Shown here piece after piece: positions 13,201 to 25,269 of a DNA stretch of 64,000 nt. This DNA is from Raillietiella orientalis (lineage: Eukaryota). The DNA is taken from assembly GCA_036172245.1 (NCBI GenBank), contig JAYWIR010000026.1:1178001-1242000 (forward strand), written 5' to 3'. The notes below the pieces were generated by a model that worked only from the letters and a program-made list of their open reading frames with translations, was not told where the DNA came from and made no database searches. A program made the translations under genes and the position numbers. Positions within the stretch are counted from its first letter, which is position 1; each line of letters opens with the position of its first letter.

Positions 13201-13409
13201 CTCTATTGAAGGAGACGCGGCCTTCAAAGTAAAGAACTCATCTCTGAATTTCTGCATGAAAGTGATCTTAGCAGCTCCTCCTGCCACATGAGAAACGCAC
13301 AGTTACATGCGTCCTAGCATTTCCTGTTTTTCCACCGTGGTTTCCTGTGCAACCAGCGTAGGCACCCTGTTTCCTGGGCGTTTGCACCCTCTAACTGCCT
13401 AAGGCGAGG

Positions 13410-13960
13410 GGAAGATTGGAATCGTTCCCGCGTCTTCTGTTGGGCTTGTACGGTGCCTTGCAGGAAGTTTGGCGTAGACCGTCACCCCTGCGTACCGAGG
13501 ACACCGCCAAAAAGTTTCTGAAACGATTCTCCGCGAGCTGCGGTGTCGAGACATTCGCCGTGATTGCGAGGTCATCCACGCCATCGCCTCAGCCCGCTGT
13601 TTACTGGTGTCTCTACCGGAAAGAAAGTTCGCCTGTATCGCAGTACCGCCTACATGACGACGGTTGCTGGGTGACGTCATGCAGAAGTGAGGTACGGAGA
13701 TCGCCGGCATCCAGCGTCGGTTTTGCCCTCACTTCCCCAAAGTGACCCATGTGCTCACCCTTCTTTCATTGATTAGTTATGTTTCTTTTTAATTTACTTT
13801 CTTGTGCTCATTTCGGACTTTTCCCGGTTTTTCAAGAAATGAACGAAACACACCAAAGTCCCTCCGCCTCCACTATATTTATTTCTTCTCCTTTTCCTTC
13901 CGTTCCTAACTTTTTGAAACCCTGACCTGCGTGTCGGTGGACTCTTCAAATGAACTTCTT
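13410..13960 (+). mobile_element. Probable 3' remnant of an L1/Tx1-like ORF2 plus T-rich 3' UTR
   Basis: LESFPRLLLGLYGALQEVWRR resembles ESLPHLLFDGNALQGLWRR at ~21100. It is followed by a T-rich tract like other copies in the window. Confidence 0.45.
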
Positions 13961-15584
13961 TTTTTTTTTCGCATCGGGAACCGCGTTTTCCCCAGCTTCC
14001 CTGTTAATGAGTTTTATTTTTTTATTTTTTCTTTTGAAACAAACGCCCCTTAGTGAAAATCCGACCAAGCGTTCTCGAATTTTTCTGTCATTTGCCCCTC
14101 GAGAACGCAGTCACCCAAACACGTCCGAGAATGGCGTGCAGAATTGGTCTGCACCGGCGAATTTGAATCCTGCCACCGTGGTGCTCCAAGGTCCTCCAAG
14201 CTCCTTCGCGGTTGCCAGGACCCGTACGCACTCCTGGATTTCCGATTCTGTGCGCGCGACAGCGGCTGCAGCGAACTTTCAAAACTTCTGCGACATTTTT
14301 CTGGATTATTACGGAACACACGTTACCGACGGGGCACACGTCCTCCGCAGATAACATCTTCACAATCAGTGTGGTATTTGAATGGACTGCCCCGGTTTCC
14401 AGCACGCACTTGTTAGGAGAGTGTTCCCTGGAAACGTCGAAGAGCGTCACCCCCATGCTCCATGTGATCGCATTTTCTGTAAGTGATGCTACCGGTGAGA
14501 TCGTGTGAGGACTTGTGTCGCGTTGAAAGCCCGTGAGTGCTCCGTTCCCAGAGATGCTTTCGCTGGGTCCGCCGGCCGATGGAGCGCCGTTCTCACAGTA
14601 GCGTTTGTCACGTAAAGCACATTGCCTAGTTGATAAGCAGCTGCTCCGGATGGCTCAAGAGCGCTGGCAGGAATTTGAGTGCCCTTTTTGGTGTCGAGCG
14701 ATGTAGCTTGCAGATCAGAACACCCCAAGCACTCGTTTCCGACTGACGCCGGACCAGGCTTCGGATCTTTCCGCGGATCCATTCTCAGGCGTTTGCCTCC
14801 CTGAGGAAAACTGCTGGGCACAAGATGAAGGAGCGCAGAGATTTCGAGAACCTCTACGCAAACTCGTGCTTCCATGCTGCGCATGTGCGCGAGGTGCACA
14901 CGTAAATGCATCACTTACGTCCGGATGTGCTCGTGAGGAAACTTTCGCTAACGAGTTGCCCCCGGCCGTCCGTGATCGCCCGAGCATAACGACGGGGTTC
15001 CGGCACCTCTTCCTCGCTGCCATTTACTAGTCACCTCAAGAGTGAGAGAGGCCGAAACTGATTAAGGACTAATTAAAGAGTGAGGAGCGCTATTGACTGA
15101 ACAACTCGATCCCCGTTTACGAGGCCACGTGGTGTGCGGTGTTTGTGCAAACGCCTAAGGCTGTGGGAAGGAACCTTGCTGGAAATGCGTGCTTGTGCAT
15201 GCTGCTCGTTCCGTGCACGAGACGGTCCGGAAGCTGAAATTTGCTGCCGAGAAAAGCGTGCTGTCTCAGTGTCTCCCCCTCTCTATTGCCCCCTTTTTTT
15301 TGTTTTTGCAGCGAGAAGAGGAATCCGTGGTCGCTGGAACGGGACGAGACTGCTGCTAGGAGAGAAGACCGCAGTTTCGAACAGAAAGAACCTTAGGAAC
15401 CAGTGTCCTCTAATCCTCGAGCCCCAGTGTCAGGGAGGGCTGAGAATTCTCGCCTCAGACACCTGGTGAGATTTTGGAGAGACCTGTGAGAATCTGCGTC
15501 CCGATCGCGCAGGCGCAAAGTGGATAGAGAGAATTCCTGCACCCTTCTGAAACCCTAAACGGACCGAACTCGGGAGTCAGCGAG

Positions 15585-16562
15585 ATGCAAGCTGAGGGAA
15601 GCAAGAGGAACTATTTCGCCTTCCCATCCGTGATCCCCCATATTGGAATTTTCCTCGCTGCCCTTTCCAGCGTGATGATCTCTCTCTGCTTCGTGATGGT
15701 GAAGCAGCTGGAGTACATCCCTCCGTCTCAGCTGGCTATGTACAGATTCGCAGGCATGCTGCTCCTGGCACTACCCACGGTGATATGGTTGCGGCACAGT
15801 TTGTTCCCCAGGAACTTCCGGATCAAAATATTACTGCAGTGCATAGCGGGCTCCGCTTCTCTCGTGCTAGAAACATATGCTCTTCAGAAAATGCCCATAG
15901 GGGATGTTTCAGTCATCAAGTCGAGCATTGCGGTGTTTGTGTTCATCTTCGCGAGAATCTTCTTGAAAGAGGACTGCACCATATTCACCAGCCTCTGCGT
16001 TACCTTGGCATCGGTGGGCATCCTGCTTGTCATCCGACCTCCGTTCCTCTTCGGAGGTAACTCGGATACCATCAACAGGACCTCGTATTTCATAGGAGCG
16101 CTGGCTGCCATCCTTTCCATGCTCACTGCGTCTCTGATGTTTATAATGACGAGGATGATCCGCGGCACGCATTACTGTGTCCTCATGTTCGACTTCAGTG
16201 TTGTGGGCTTGACCGTGATGGCCATCCAGACGGGTCTGGAAAATGCCTTCTGCCTTCCTAGGTGTGGATTCGATGTTTTCCTTACATGCATGCTCGCCCT
16301 CCTGAGCTTCTTGGGGCACATGCTATTCATCGTTTCGCTCCAGCTGGTGGAAGCAGGAATTGCAGCTGTAGCTCGCCGGGTGGATATCATCTTTGCATTC
16401 GTTTGGCAAGTGGCGTTTTTCCACGAATACCCGAAGATCCTCAGCATCATCGGTCTGACGTTAGTGAGCGCAGCAATCATAGCAACCGTGATACCGAAGT
16501 GGATCGGAATCCTCCCCCAGAAGAGCAGCGTGAGGCATGTGCTGCAGTACCTAAGTGTGTAA
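15585..16562 (+). CDS. SLC35G1-like: SLC35G1-like solute carrier (drug/metabolite transporter, two EamA repeats), paralogue 1, 325 aa
   Basis: Intact ORF with ~10 hydrophobic segments; motifs GIFLAALSS, MPIGDVSVI, FARIFLKE, LQLVEAG, DIIFAFVWQVAFFHEYP. Candidate 5'UTR acceptor at 15311. Confidence 0.93.
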   Translation: MQAEGSKRNYFAFPSVIPHIGIFLAALSSVMISLCFVMVKQLEYIPPSQLAMYRFAGMLLLALPTVIWLRHSLFPRNFRIKILLQCIAGSASLVLETYALQKMPIGDVSVIKSSIAVFVFIFARIFLKEDCTIFTSLCVTLASVGILLVIRPPFLFGGNSDTINRTSYFIGALAAILSMLTASLMFIMTRMIRGTHYCVLMFDFSVVGLTVMAIQTGLENAFCLPRCGFDVFLTCMLALLSFLGHMLFIVSLQLVEAGIAAVARRVDIIFAFVWQVAFFHEYPKILSIIGLTLVSAAIIATVIPKWIGILPQKSSVRHVLQYLSV

Positions 16563-17399
16563 GGGCCCGGGAGCTGCAAAGATGGGTGGTAAATCATGGA
16601 CATGGTGTGCTATTTTTCATCGGAGGAGAAACACCGCGAGTCCGCGAGACAAATCCCGCTTCGTGAGGAAGGAAGCCGTCAGCAATCCTTACGATTCCGT
16701 GGATCAAAGTCAGCTGTTGTCGGCTCTCTGAAGAGAATACAACTTTCCGTTCCAAAAAAAAAAAAAAACAGCGCAGTTTTGCTTCATCTTGATGACATGC
16801 TCGGGGCACTCGGGAGGAAGTCAAATAAAGCAGCAGGGAAGGCTTCTGGTTGCGAAACGATCCCCAAATTCCATGATCTCGAGATAAGCAAGACCACCAA
16901 AGCCGTCTGTCCATGGCAAAGGAAGAATCCTACCAGAGAGATCGAAAGGTCCTTTTCTGCAGTTCTGGCAACCTGAATTTCAGTCACAGGAGTCACCATT
17001 CATCTGTTGAGGACGGCGATAAGGAGCCTGGAAATTCCGTCTTTGACAGTGAAACACCTATGACACAAACCGTGCATTCGCAGTTAGTGCATTCTGCGAC
17101 AGCGACGGTGGCGGAGCGGAGGAGGAGGAAGTTCAAAGTGAACCAGATCTAGTCAGCTACCCGTGAGGCAAACGCTACCCATCGCCGCCAGAGAAGCAGC
17201 CAGTGCCCAAAGAGCGGAAGAGGAGGAGAGAGCGGCGGAGTTGGACTGAGTGGTGCAGGCAGTTTTCTGAATTTCTTTCTGAGGCCTCTCCTTTCCCCGA
17301 TCTCTTCTCCTTTCTGCCCCTTCCAGTGGCCAGAAGCGCGACAAGAGTGTCTCTGATTTCCCTGTTCGGCTGCTGTCGCTTGACGCCGCACCCTTCAAC

Positions 17400-17711
17400 G
17401 AAGTGCCGGCGCATCAGTGCGGCCACGATCGGGAAGCTGACCAAACTCCAGGCTGCCATTTGTGTCGGCCCGGAGTGCGCTTGCTTGGACAGCATCCGTC
17501 TCGAGCCCCTCCAGGATCACACTGCGAGCAAGGGCGGCCACGAGAACTTCGTCCCGTTCCTGGTCCAGTCGTGAAGGCCCGCCAGAGATCCTCCGAGAAG
17601 AATGGCTGGCACAGCAACGCGGACTCCATGCTGCCACCATCCTCATGAGGAGACAGCTTCCCTGCTGCTCGTACACGAAAGAGCTGTCCGGAAGCGTCAA
17701 GCGCGCTCTAG
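17400..17711 (+). pseudogene. Ankyrin-repeat-like frameshifted fragment
   Basis: ISAATIGKLTKLQAAI...PLQDHTASKGGHENFVPFLVQ and, after a frameshift, QRGLHAATILM resemble LH.A+..GH..+V.+L repeats; coding-like C/G-ending codons. Confidence 0.4.
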
Positions 17712-19449
17712 CCTTTCGGGTGTGTGCCCACGCACGCATCGGACAGCGTCCACTTTTCAGTTCCTGCGCTCTGAACTAGCACCACGTGGCTGTGCTTGTA
17801 CGAAGAATAGAAACCACTCGGCGTTTTGAAAAAATGAAACAAATCACATCTTTGGGAGAATTCCTTGTCATTGACAAAGCAAAAAGATCTCGGAGGTTCT
17901 CTCGAGCACCAAGTGAATCCATTTGTTGAGGTTTTGGAACCCAACTTAGTCCAAGACTGTGGGCAAACCCTTGTAAGATCTTGTGGGTGTCTTGTGCTCA
18001 CAGAGTAGGCCTTCACTCCAGGAAAATCTTGCCTGTGGGGAGCTTCTTAACCTTTCAAGACAAGGCATGCTTTCATCCCGGCATGGTGCACTTCATATCG
18101 AGAACACGACGTAGTAACACGCCCCTGCTACTGCGGAGCTTCAGGATCAGATAAAATCAATCGTTTATAAAGATTCGACGTGAAGATAACTCCGCAAGAG
18201 ATATCGCCATGCTCTGTTTAGTTCGGTTCATGCGTAGCATCTGCACCGTTGGATGCCAAGAGATCCTTAGAATGAGTAAAAGTAATCTGAATCCAATCGC
18301 TCGGGTGACTCGGCTGCTGCCCCTCAAGCGAATAAGCGAAACCTGAGGGCATGATTACAAAGAGAAAAATCTTCCTCCCCTTTTCAAAGCGAAGATGCCA
18401 CCATCGGGACATCACCGCCGTTTACCTGCCCAGTCACGTGTGGTGGCGAATTTATAAAGGGGTTCCTTGGAATTATGGATCACATTTTTCGAAGGGTGGC
18501 ATCACAAATTGCAAGTGATTCACCGCAAGCGATCTGATGTGATCACGTCCATGCTCTGCACTGTTCCTTAGATACAGATAACCAGCAAAGACTTTCTGAT
18601 TTTTTTATGTAGTTGGAATGACCTCAAGTTCCATCGCTCGTGTCTCCAGCATCTACCAGAGTAAACGTTTGCAGAGGTTCCACTGAGAGATTATTGTGCT
18701 GCTTCGGTGAGAGATCTGAGGGCAAAAACTGTAACTTTTAGAAGCGGATCGCTTGCTTCCATGGACGCTTCCCAGACGTGCTTATCTGTGATACGACAAG
18801 CAGTGAATCTGCATCGAGATGATTCTTGACTGCCATCTACTGGTAACTTCTGTAAATGGAAAGAAAAAAAACCCTCTGAATCCTGATCCGTTTGACCCAG
18901 GTTTTGCTCGAGCAGCAAAAAAATCCGAGTGAAAATCCAGTTCAGAAACCACACAAGGTGCTCGGCACTGGATGGCAGGCAGCAGGAAGATCACCTCATG
19001 TCAAGATCCCTTGAGAGGACCTCTCCCATCACAGAACTGTTCATGAGCAGCAGCGGCTCTGTAGATCTTGTCATCTTGTCCCTTCTCCTCCTCTGTGTCC
19101 AAGCAAGCAAAGACGAGAGAGAGAAAGATGATGAGCCTCCTGTTGGGACGAATCCAGCATCGAACTCAGAACCTGTGAGCAGTTTCTCTGGAAGCACTGC
19201 AGTTGACAGAATGAAGAGAATCGCAGAGACATCTTTATAGAAAACGCTCAACTGAAAGGAAAATGAAAGCTTCTCTAGGAAGTACACGAGCCCTGTTACC
19301 CGAAGAGGTGAACTACTCCTCATAGAGCTTCAGGTGTCCCGAAAGCGAGAACAGCATCCTCAAGGTCGGTTCTTCCTGTGGTCATCTTCCAGACTTCTGC
19401 GCTCTTTTTCAGCCCTTTGCTGCAGCGTGAGTACAGCGAGGAGGGACTC

Positions 19450-21500
19450 CAAGATTTCGTTCAGGATCCACCCGAACACGTAGCTCTCGTCGGCCTCGCA
19501 CAGAGATTTCCGTGGTGACGACTGTGCAGCTTCCGCGCGTGGTCACCCAGCGTTACGGGTTCGACGATCCACGCCGAGAATGGACGGTCGTGGGGTTTCG
19601 AGTTTCGGTCTCCCCCGCAGGATGGCGTTGGTTGGCCCACGCGCTGGAGGGACACGCGTGCACGTTGGAAACCGACTGCTCCCGCTGGCTGAAAGGGATT
19701 GCAAGTCGACCCTCCGGGGTCCTTCCAGGAACCACGTGGCTGGTTTCCTTCATGGCGCCCTTCCGGTCGTGCAAATGGTGCTCGTTGATACTCCCCTAGG
19801 GAAATTTCTCTCCTTTCGGGCCACACTCTTCAGAGGAGGAAACAGGAACCGAATCGTTTCCAGGTTCCCTCCTCCGGAGAAGGAATCAGCAGGTGCGGCC
19901 TCTTCGGAGGGAAAGAGGTTCCCATAGGGGCTCCCCTCTCAAGAGTAGAAGGAACGGAACTCCTCCTTCCTGAACCTCCTTTGGTCTCTTCGGGGTTGCA
20001 GACTAAGTCTCCCCCGTCCTCGGATGGCGTTAAAAGTCTTTGAAGAGCTTTGCGCGCCTCCATGTGGTGACATCGGTCGACCCTTTGCGATACCCTCCCC
20101 TAAGGAAGCTTCCGGATTTACAGACTCAGCGAACCAAGGGACACAGAAAAAAAAAGAGCATGGAAGTGGGAACGAGATGTGTCCAACCTGAGTCACATTT
20201 CAAGAAGAAGTGCTTTAGTAGAGTCTGCAAAAAGGTATGGAAGATGGCTGGAGAAGGACACCAATCCGTCAGTTTCAGCAGCGCCATCTGCTCCTTTTCT
20301 AAAAGGGTCGGCAGGAAAGGGAAACCCCTCTCAAGTCGAAACCCACGAGAGACGTGATGCCCTCTTCTCTGGAGCGCTCCTCCTTTCTGGAGAGTCGCTT
20401 CTTGCTGATGGTCCAGCTTTACCCGGGCTAGTTCCTGTGGGACTAGTAAAGCCGTTCTCTGAGAGGCAGAATCCTCGAGGAAACTTGACCTTTTCTACCA
20501 GTTTTAGTTGGTTCCCAAGAATCGCCAGTTATGAATGCAAGAAATGTGTGCGGATCCAGGTGTCCCTGTTGCTCCAGATATCAGGATGAAAGCCAGGCAT
20601 GCACCTTCTGGCCTTTATTCGTTGGCGTGTCCAGCCGCAAACATCCTTCTAGAAAAACATAGGGTGGAACCACCTTGAAGGCATCTGGGTGATTCCCAGG
20701 CTGAACAAGAGTTGTCGGAGAAATGGGTTTCCTGGAAGAGACCGCTGGCAGAAAGTGATGCGCCCTTTCTGCTGAGGTGCGTGGAAATGCCTACCTCTTG
20801 TTTCCTCAAACCTAATGGAATTCCATTCCATTGAAATGAGTTTTCATGGTGTCCCTCTAGCGCACGCGCATCTCGACATGAGATCTCAGCTTTTCACGGC
20901 CAAGACTGTCCAACTGTCGAGGCTGCCCTCTGAGGAACTTGTGGTTTCTCCCTCGTGCGTGGGTACCTCTGTGTTCCCCTATCGATGGAGACAGGACGGG
21001 CTTCCGCTGCTGCATTGGGATCCCCACTGCAATCAGAGCGCGCACCTGGTTTCCGACGTGGCTGCTTTCCCGAACTGTAGAAGGTGCGGGGCAGTGGAGT
21101 CGCTCCCGCACCTGCTCTTCGATGGCAATGCCCTCCAAGGACTGTGGCGGAGGCTCCCTCCTGCACCAGGGGGACACCGACTTCGAAGTCCTGAACCGCT
21201 TCTTCACGCGAGGCATGCTCTCGCTAGGCGCGGTCATCGCAACGGTCAGTTGCATCTACGCCATCTTCATGGCCCAACATGTGTTGGAGTCGCGAGCGTT
21301 CCCAAGAGAGGTCACCAAGATTGCAGCCGTTAACATGAGGGCGGCTGCTAGATGGCCTCATCTCAGCGAAGAAGCAAGGAAGGAGATTGCAAGGAAGGAG
21401 ATGCTCGTCGAACATCGCGTAGCAGTTCAGGACGCAACTGTGTTCCAGGAGCGACGCCTCGGGGTACTACAGGCAGAAGGTGAGCTTCTCTTTGCCGGGG
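19450..21500 (+). mobile_element. L1/Tx1-like non-LTR retrotransposon ORF2 remnant
   Basis: Decayed RT-region motifs (TKSPPSSDGV ~20000, EMSFHGVPL ~20835) and a well-preserved C-terminal CCHC region LLHWDPH...NCRRCGAVESLPHLLFD...LW (21010-21150); frameshifted. Confidence 0.75.
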
Positions 21501-22152
21501 GCGATGGGACTAGAGCTATCTGGAAGCCGCGCAGGTTGATGACGCCCCACAGGTGATGCAGGACCTCATGGGAAACTCCTGGGGGACAGGCGGATGCGCA
21601 CGAAATGTGACAGGAGGCTCTTCTCCGGGTAGTGAACAATGTTGTGATTTTTCCATGTGTGGTGGCTGTTCATCCTCGTGAGGGAGAGGCACGGTCCTTG
21701 AGCTCCAGGCAGGGCGGCAGGGGCACGATGAGGTAGGCTTAGATGATGCATCTCGGCTTGGTTCTGCGGTTGGAGAGCAGGATGCAGCTCAAGCCGGTGA
21801 CGTGCGCTCTGCTGGCACGCCTTGCTGCACAAAGGCCAGTTGCAGCGCCGGCACCGGTAGACGGGGGAGATCAAGGCGCCCACGTTCTTGCCGCGCCGGT
21901 CCACGTGGCAGCCGAGACAGTACGGGTTCGTCTTGGAGAAAGCCGTCACCAGCAGCTGCTCCGTCATCAGCAGGGTGCCCGTCTGGATCTTCTGTTTGGA
22001 GACCAGGAGCAGGCAAACTCCAGTCTCATGCGGAACTGCTTGAACTCCTTCCGGTGTTCCTTTCAGTGCTTCTCCTGGTGCCGCGGTGAAACGTGGTCTG
22101 GCACACACAGCAAACGCGAGGGAGCCTTCTTCTTGCAGACGGCGCAGTTCAT
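21500..22152 (-). pseudogene. SmydA/msta-like MYND-finger SET-domain pseudogene, 3'-truncated
   Basis: MNCAVCKKKA...HQEKH*KEHRKE; LLVSKQKIQTGTLLMTEQLLVTA; CLGCH...YRCRRCNWPLCSKACQQSARHRLE; YLIVPLPPCLELK; EVLHHLWGVINLRGFQI. Several frameshifts and stops. Confidence 0.85.
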
Positions 22153-22925
22153 TGGGACGTGCCTAAAAACCTCTCTTTTCGTCCACGGTAGCGATCCTCG
22201 GGCGGGAAGAAGAGAGGAGTGGAGTCCATTGCATCCAGGGGTCTGTCGGCCCTGCACCCTTCGCGCGAGGCCCATCCTCTCGGGACCGCGGCCGTCGAGT
22301 CAGCTTTCCTTACCGCTTCTGCATGCGCTCCCGGCGACACACCACCCGCGTGACCCGAGCCGCGTGGACATCGTCTCTGAACTTCGTCTTCAGAAATAGA
22401 TAAGGCGGTTGTCTTCTGAGACATCGTCACCTCTCAACGGTGCTCCAGAGACCCACCTGTTCAGACCCTATGAAGTGCCTCTTTGTCCCTCCTCTTCTGG
22501 ACACTTGACGTAACTAAGGGCTGCATCAAGAGCTCAGGATGACTCTGCAGGAGACAGGGCAGAAGGAAATCTGGAATTTTTGCCTCCCTCGACACCGAGA
22601 TCCTTCACTCCCATGAAACTGTTCGGCACCATTTGCGTGTGAGAGGAAGAATGAGTTCTTGGAACAGACTTGTCTTCAAGGAGAAACCATCGTTCGCATC
22701 TTCCGCGCATGATACCGAGACCACCAACAAGAGCCCCTCTGTCCAGCAAACACTGCACAGAGTTCTGTACATCTGAAGTAGGAATCAGTTGGAGCGGCTC
22801 AATCCGGGTGAAGGAAAAAAATAGACAAAAAAAAAACCCTCTCCACTGCTGTATCCTGGAGCAAGGAGGCTCTCGTAGAGATCGGCACTCTTGCCAAACA
22901 GGACATGAGCCAGTTAGCAAGATCT

Positions 22926-23903
22926 TTAGCCTTTATTTGCTTTCAGCGCCTTGAATAGAGGAAGTTCCAGTTTCTTATCCATTGCACTGATAAACACGCA
23001 AGCGATGACGACGATGGCTCCACAGATGCTCCAGGCGTCTGGGTACTCATCGAACCAGATGACTTCCCAGATGAAAGAGAATACAATGTTTGTGCTGGTA
23101 GAAATGGAAATAATGGACGCTTCCTCTATTTGCAAGGCTTTGGTGAAGAGGCACTGGCTCACGAAGGACTGCAGGCTTATCATCCCAATGAAAAGGAACT
23201 CCTGGCCACAGCACGGGGCGCGGAAGGCACCTGTGACCGACATCAGGAGCAGCGCAGACATGAACCCGAACACGCTCGAGTACAGCGTGTTCACGCAGTA
23301 GTGGACTCGCTGGAGCTTCCTCATTATGATGCAGATGAAAGACGACGTGATCATCGACGAGCCGGCCAGCACGCATCCCAGCAGCCGCTGGCTCCCCTGG
23401 GAATCCACAGTCGAAAACAGAAAATTCGGCTTCATGATCATGGTTATCCCGCACAGTGTGATGCCGATGCATATGATCTTCAGAAGATGGCAGGGCTCCT
23501 TCAGGAATATCCTAGAGAAGACGGCGACAAACACAGGCAGGCTGTAGGAAATGACGGACGCCTCGCCGAGGGAGAGCATCTGGGCGGCGGAATAGTAAGT
23601 AATGACAGACATCGGTCCCAGAATTCCGCGAAGGACGAGTTTTCCTAGGAACTCCCTGGGGAAGATTTCGTGTCTCAGCCAAGCTATAGCCGCTAGGTTG
23701 GGCAGAATCATCCCTAAGTATTGATAAAATGCTATCTGGTAGGGTTGGAAATCTGGGAGTCTCTTCACCAGCAGAGAGCAGAGAGATATCATAAGAGTCG
23801 ACAGCATGCTCAAGAAAACTCCAAGATGAGGAACGTGGCAGGAACAAACTTTCTTCTCAGCCTTTGCGACGCTATAGTGGGAAAAATTCCCGAGGATCCC
23901 CAT
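22926..23903 (-). CDS. SLC35G1-like: SLC35G1-like solute carrier, paralogue 2, 325 aa (start placed at MGILGNF, not the upstream non-ATG start at 24098)
   Basis: Intact ORF; PHLGVFLSMLST, LGEASVISYSLPVFVAVFSRIFLKEPC, FTKALQIEEAS, FSFIWEVIWFDEYP; colinear with the other two paralogues. Confidence 0.92.
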   Translation of the reverse strand: MGILGNFSHYSVAKAEKKVCSCHVPHLGVFLSMLSTLMISLCSLLVKRLPDFQPYQIAFYQYLGMILPNLAAIAWLRHEIFPREFLGKLVLRGILGPMSVITYYSAAQMLSLGEASVISYSLPVFVAVFSRIFLKEPCHLLKIICIGITLCGITMIMKPNFLFSTVDSQGSQRLLGCVLAGSSMITSSFICIIMRKLQRVHYCVNTLYSSVFGFMSALLLMSVTGAFRAPCCGQEFLFIGMISLQSFVSQCLFTKALQIEEASIISISTSTNIVFSFIWEVIWFDEYPDAWSICGAIVVIACVFISAMDKKLELPLFKALKANKG

Positions 23904-24099
23904 TTTCTTGGATCTGCGCTTCAGGGAATTCGATCTTCGGCCGGACCGATGGTTTCTTGCGAATGCAGAGCTGAAAAAGAGAAGCTCGTTAACCCTTTCG
24001 CTCCCGACTCCGGTGCTGTACAGGCGGCATCCTCTCAACGATCCGTCGCCACGAACACGGGCCAGCGTAGCCGAGTTGCAAGCCTGTACTGGAAGCAAG

Positions 24100-24870
24100 G
24101 GAATAAGCAGCGATGATTACACAGATTTGGTCACGTGTCCTGGATGCAAATCCCGCCGGCTTCCCAGTCAGCCCTCCGAACATCCGCGGTTCTCCACCAC
24201 CGTGCAGGCCGGCAGCAGCAAACGAGAAGCCGGAGGCGGCGAGGAGTTCCAAAGTGTTTTCGTACGCATCGTTCGAAGAGATCATCCACCTGTACACCCG
24301 CCGCTCACTGCTCGGAGACTTTCCGCATCCGCTTTTCATCTCAGCGAGCGATCCCGTCTTGACCGCTTCGGAATTCCCACGGGGAACCTGAGAAGCCGGC
24401 AAGCGCTTCAGGTATTCGATGATTCCGGAGCGGATTCCGATCCCTCATCCTGATGCAATGCGAGCGCACCTCGGGGGTGACGATGAAGCCCGCATCACGG
24501 AAAACCGGAAGCAGCGACGAAGGGCATTGGGAAGTGCCGGTGTGCAGGGAAGAAACCCGCACGAAAGAAGGGAACACCGCTCTGTGGGAGCACCACCTCT
24601 TTCCGGCAACGCTGTGCGATCGTCCTTAATCACTCTCTCCGTTTCTCGGTCTTCGCAGTGGAAGTCAATATGGAAGTCTTCCGGAAAAAGGAAAAAAAGA
24701 GTCGGTCGAATACACTCAGCACCTCGGAATCAGAAGGAACAGGCGAAGCCAACGCTCGGTCTGTTCCTTCGAAAGCAGCATCTTCCCGCTCCGTGGCACG
24801 GCCTTCGAAGAAACTTCTGTCAAAAAATCTGAGGCTCGATGCGTGGACATTCGGGAATCCGGGAGAACGC
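24100..24870 (-). mobile_element. Highly decayed LINE RT-region remnant
   Basis: RSPGFPNV..LRFF, TSILTSTAKTEK..LRTIA and SCGFLP..LPNAL occur in the order expected for KSPGxDG / PKxxKxxRPI / QxGF. Inverted homologue at 25520-25712. Confidence 0.4.
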
Positions 24871-25269
24871 AAATCATCCGTTTAACATTCTGGGATGTGA
24901 ATGAATACGTTTACCGAGGTGCCAATGCGAAGACGTGATGTTGGGTGGTACATGTCTCCCTGTTTCTGAACGACGCGCATCATATTCATTCATATGATAA
25001 TTATTCGCTTATCAAATCACTCATTTATATTACTGATCCGCTGGAAACGTGTTGATTATTATGTTTATTATTACCATTCCTTTTTTTTTTATCGAAGGCG
25101 GTTTGTACACCGGCGTGGGATGGCAAACCCTGAAGGTCAGACACTGTCCATGCCGACAGTGTACGCTTATGGCATGGCACCCCCTTTCAGCCGTGGCCGT
25201 TGCAGACGGCCAGTTGCGTGGTAGCGAAACGAAATCCCGTTTCCGTTTTCCTGGAGTTCTTTAATGGCT

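Noticed and set aside
14100..15020. Possible minus-strand ORF1/APE remnant
   Set aside because: Motif resemblance is too faint to support without an HMM search.
23904..24098. 65-aa N-terminal extension of SLC35G paralogue 2 in the ORF track
   Set aside because: Non-ATG start, no counterpart in the other paralogues; ATG 23903 gives the matching 325 aa.
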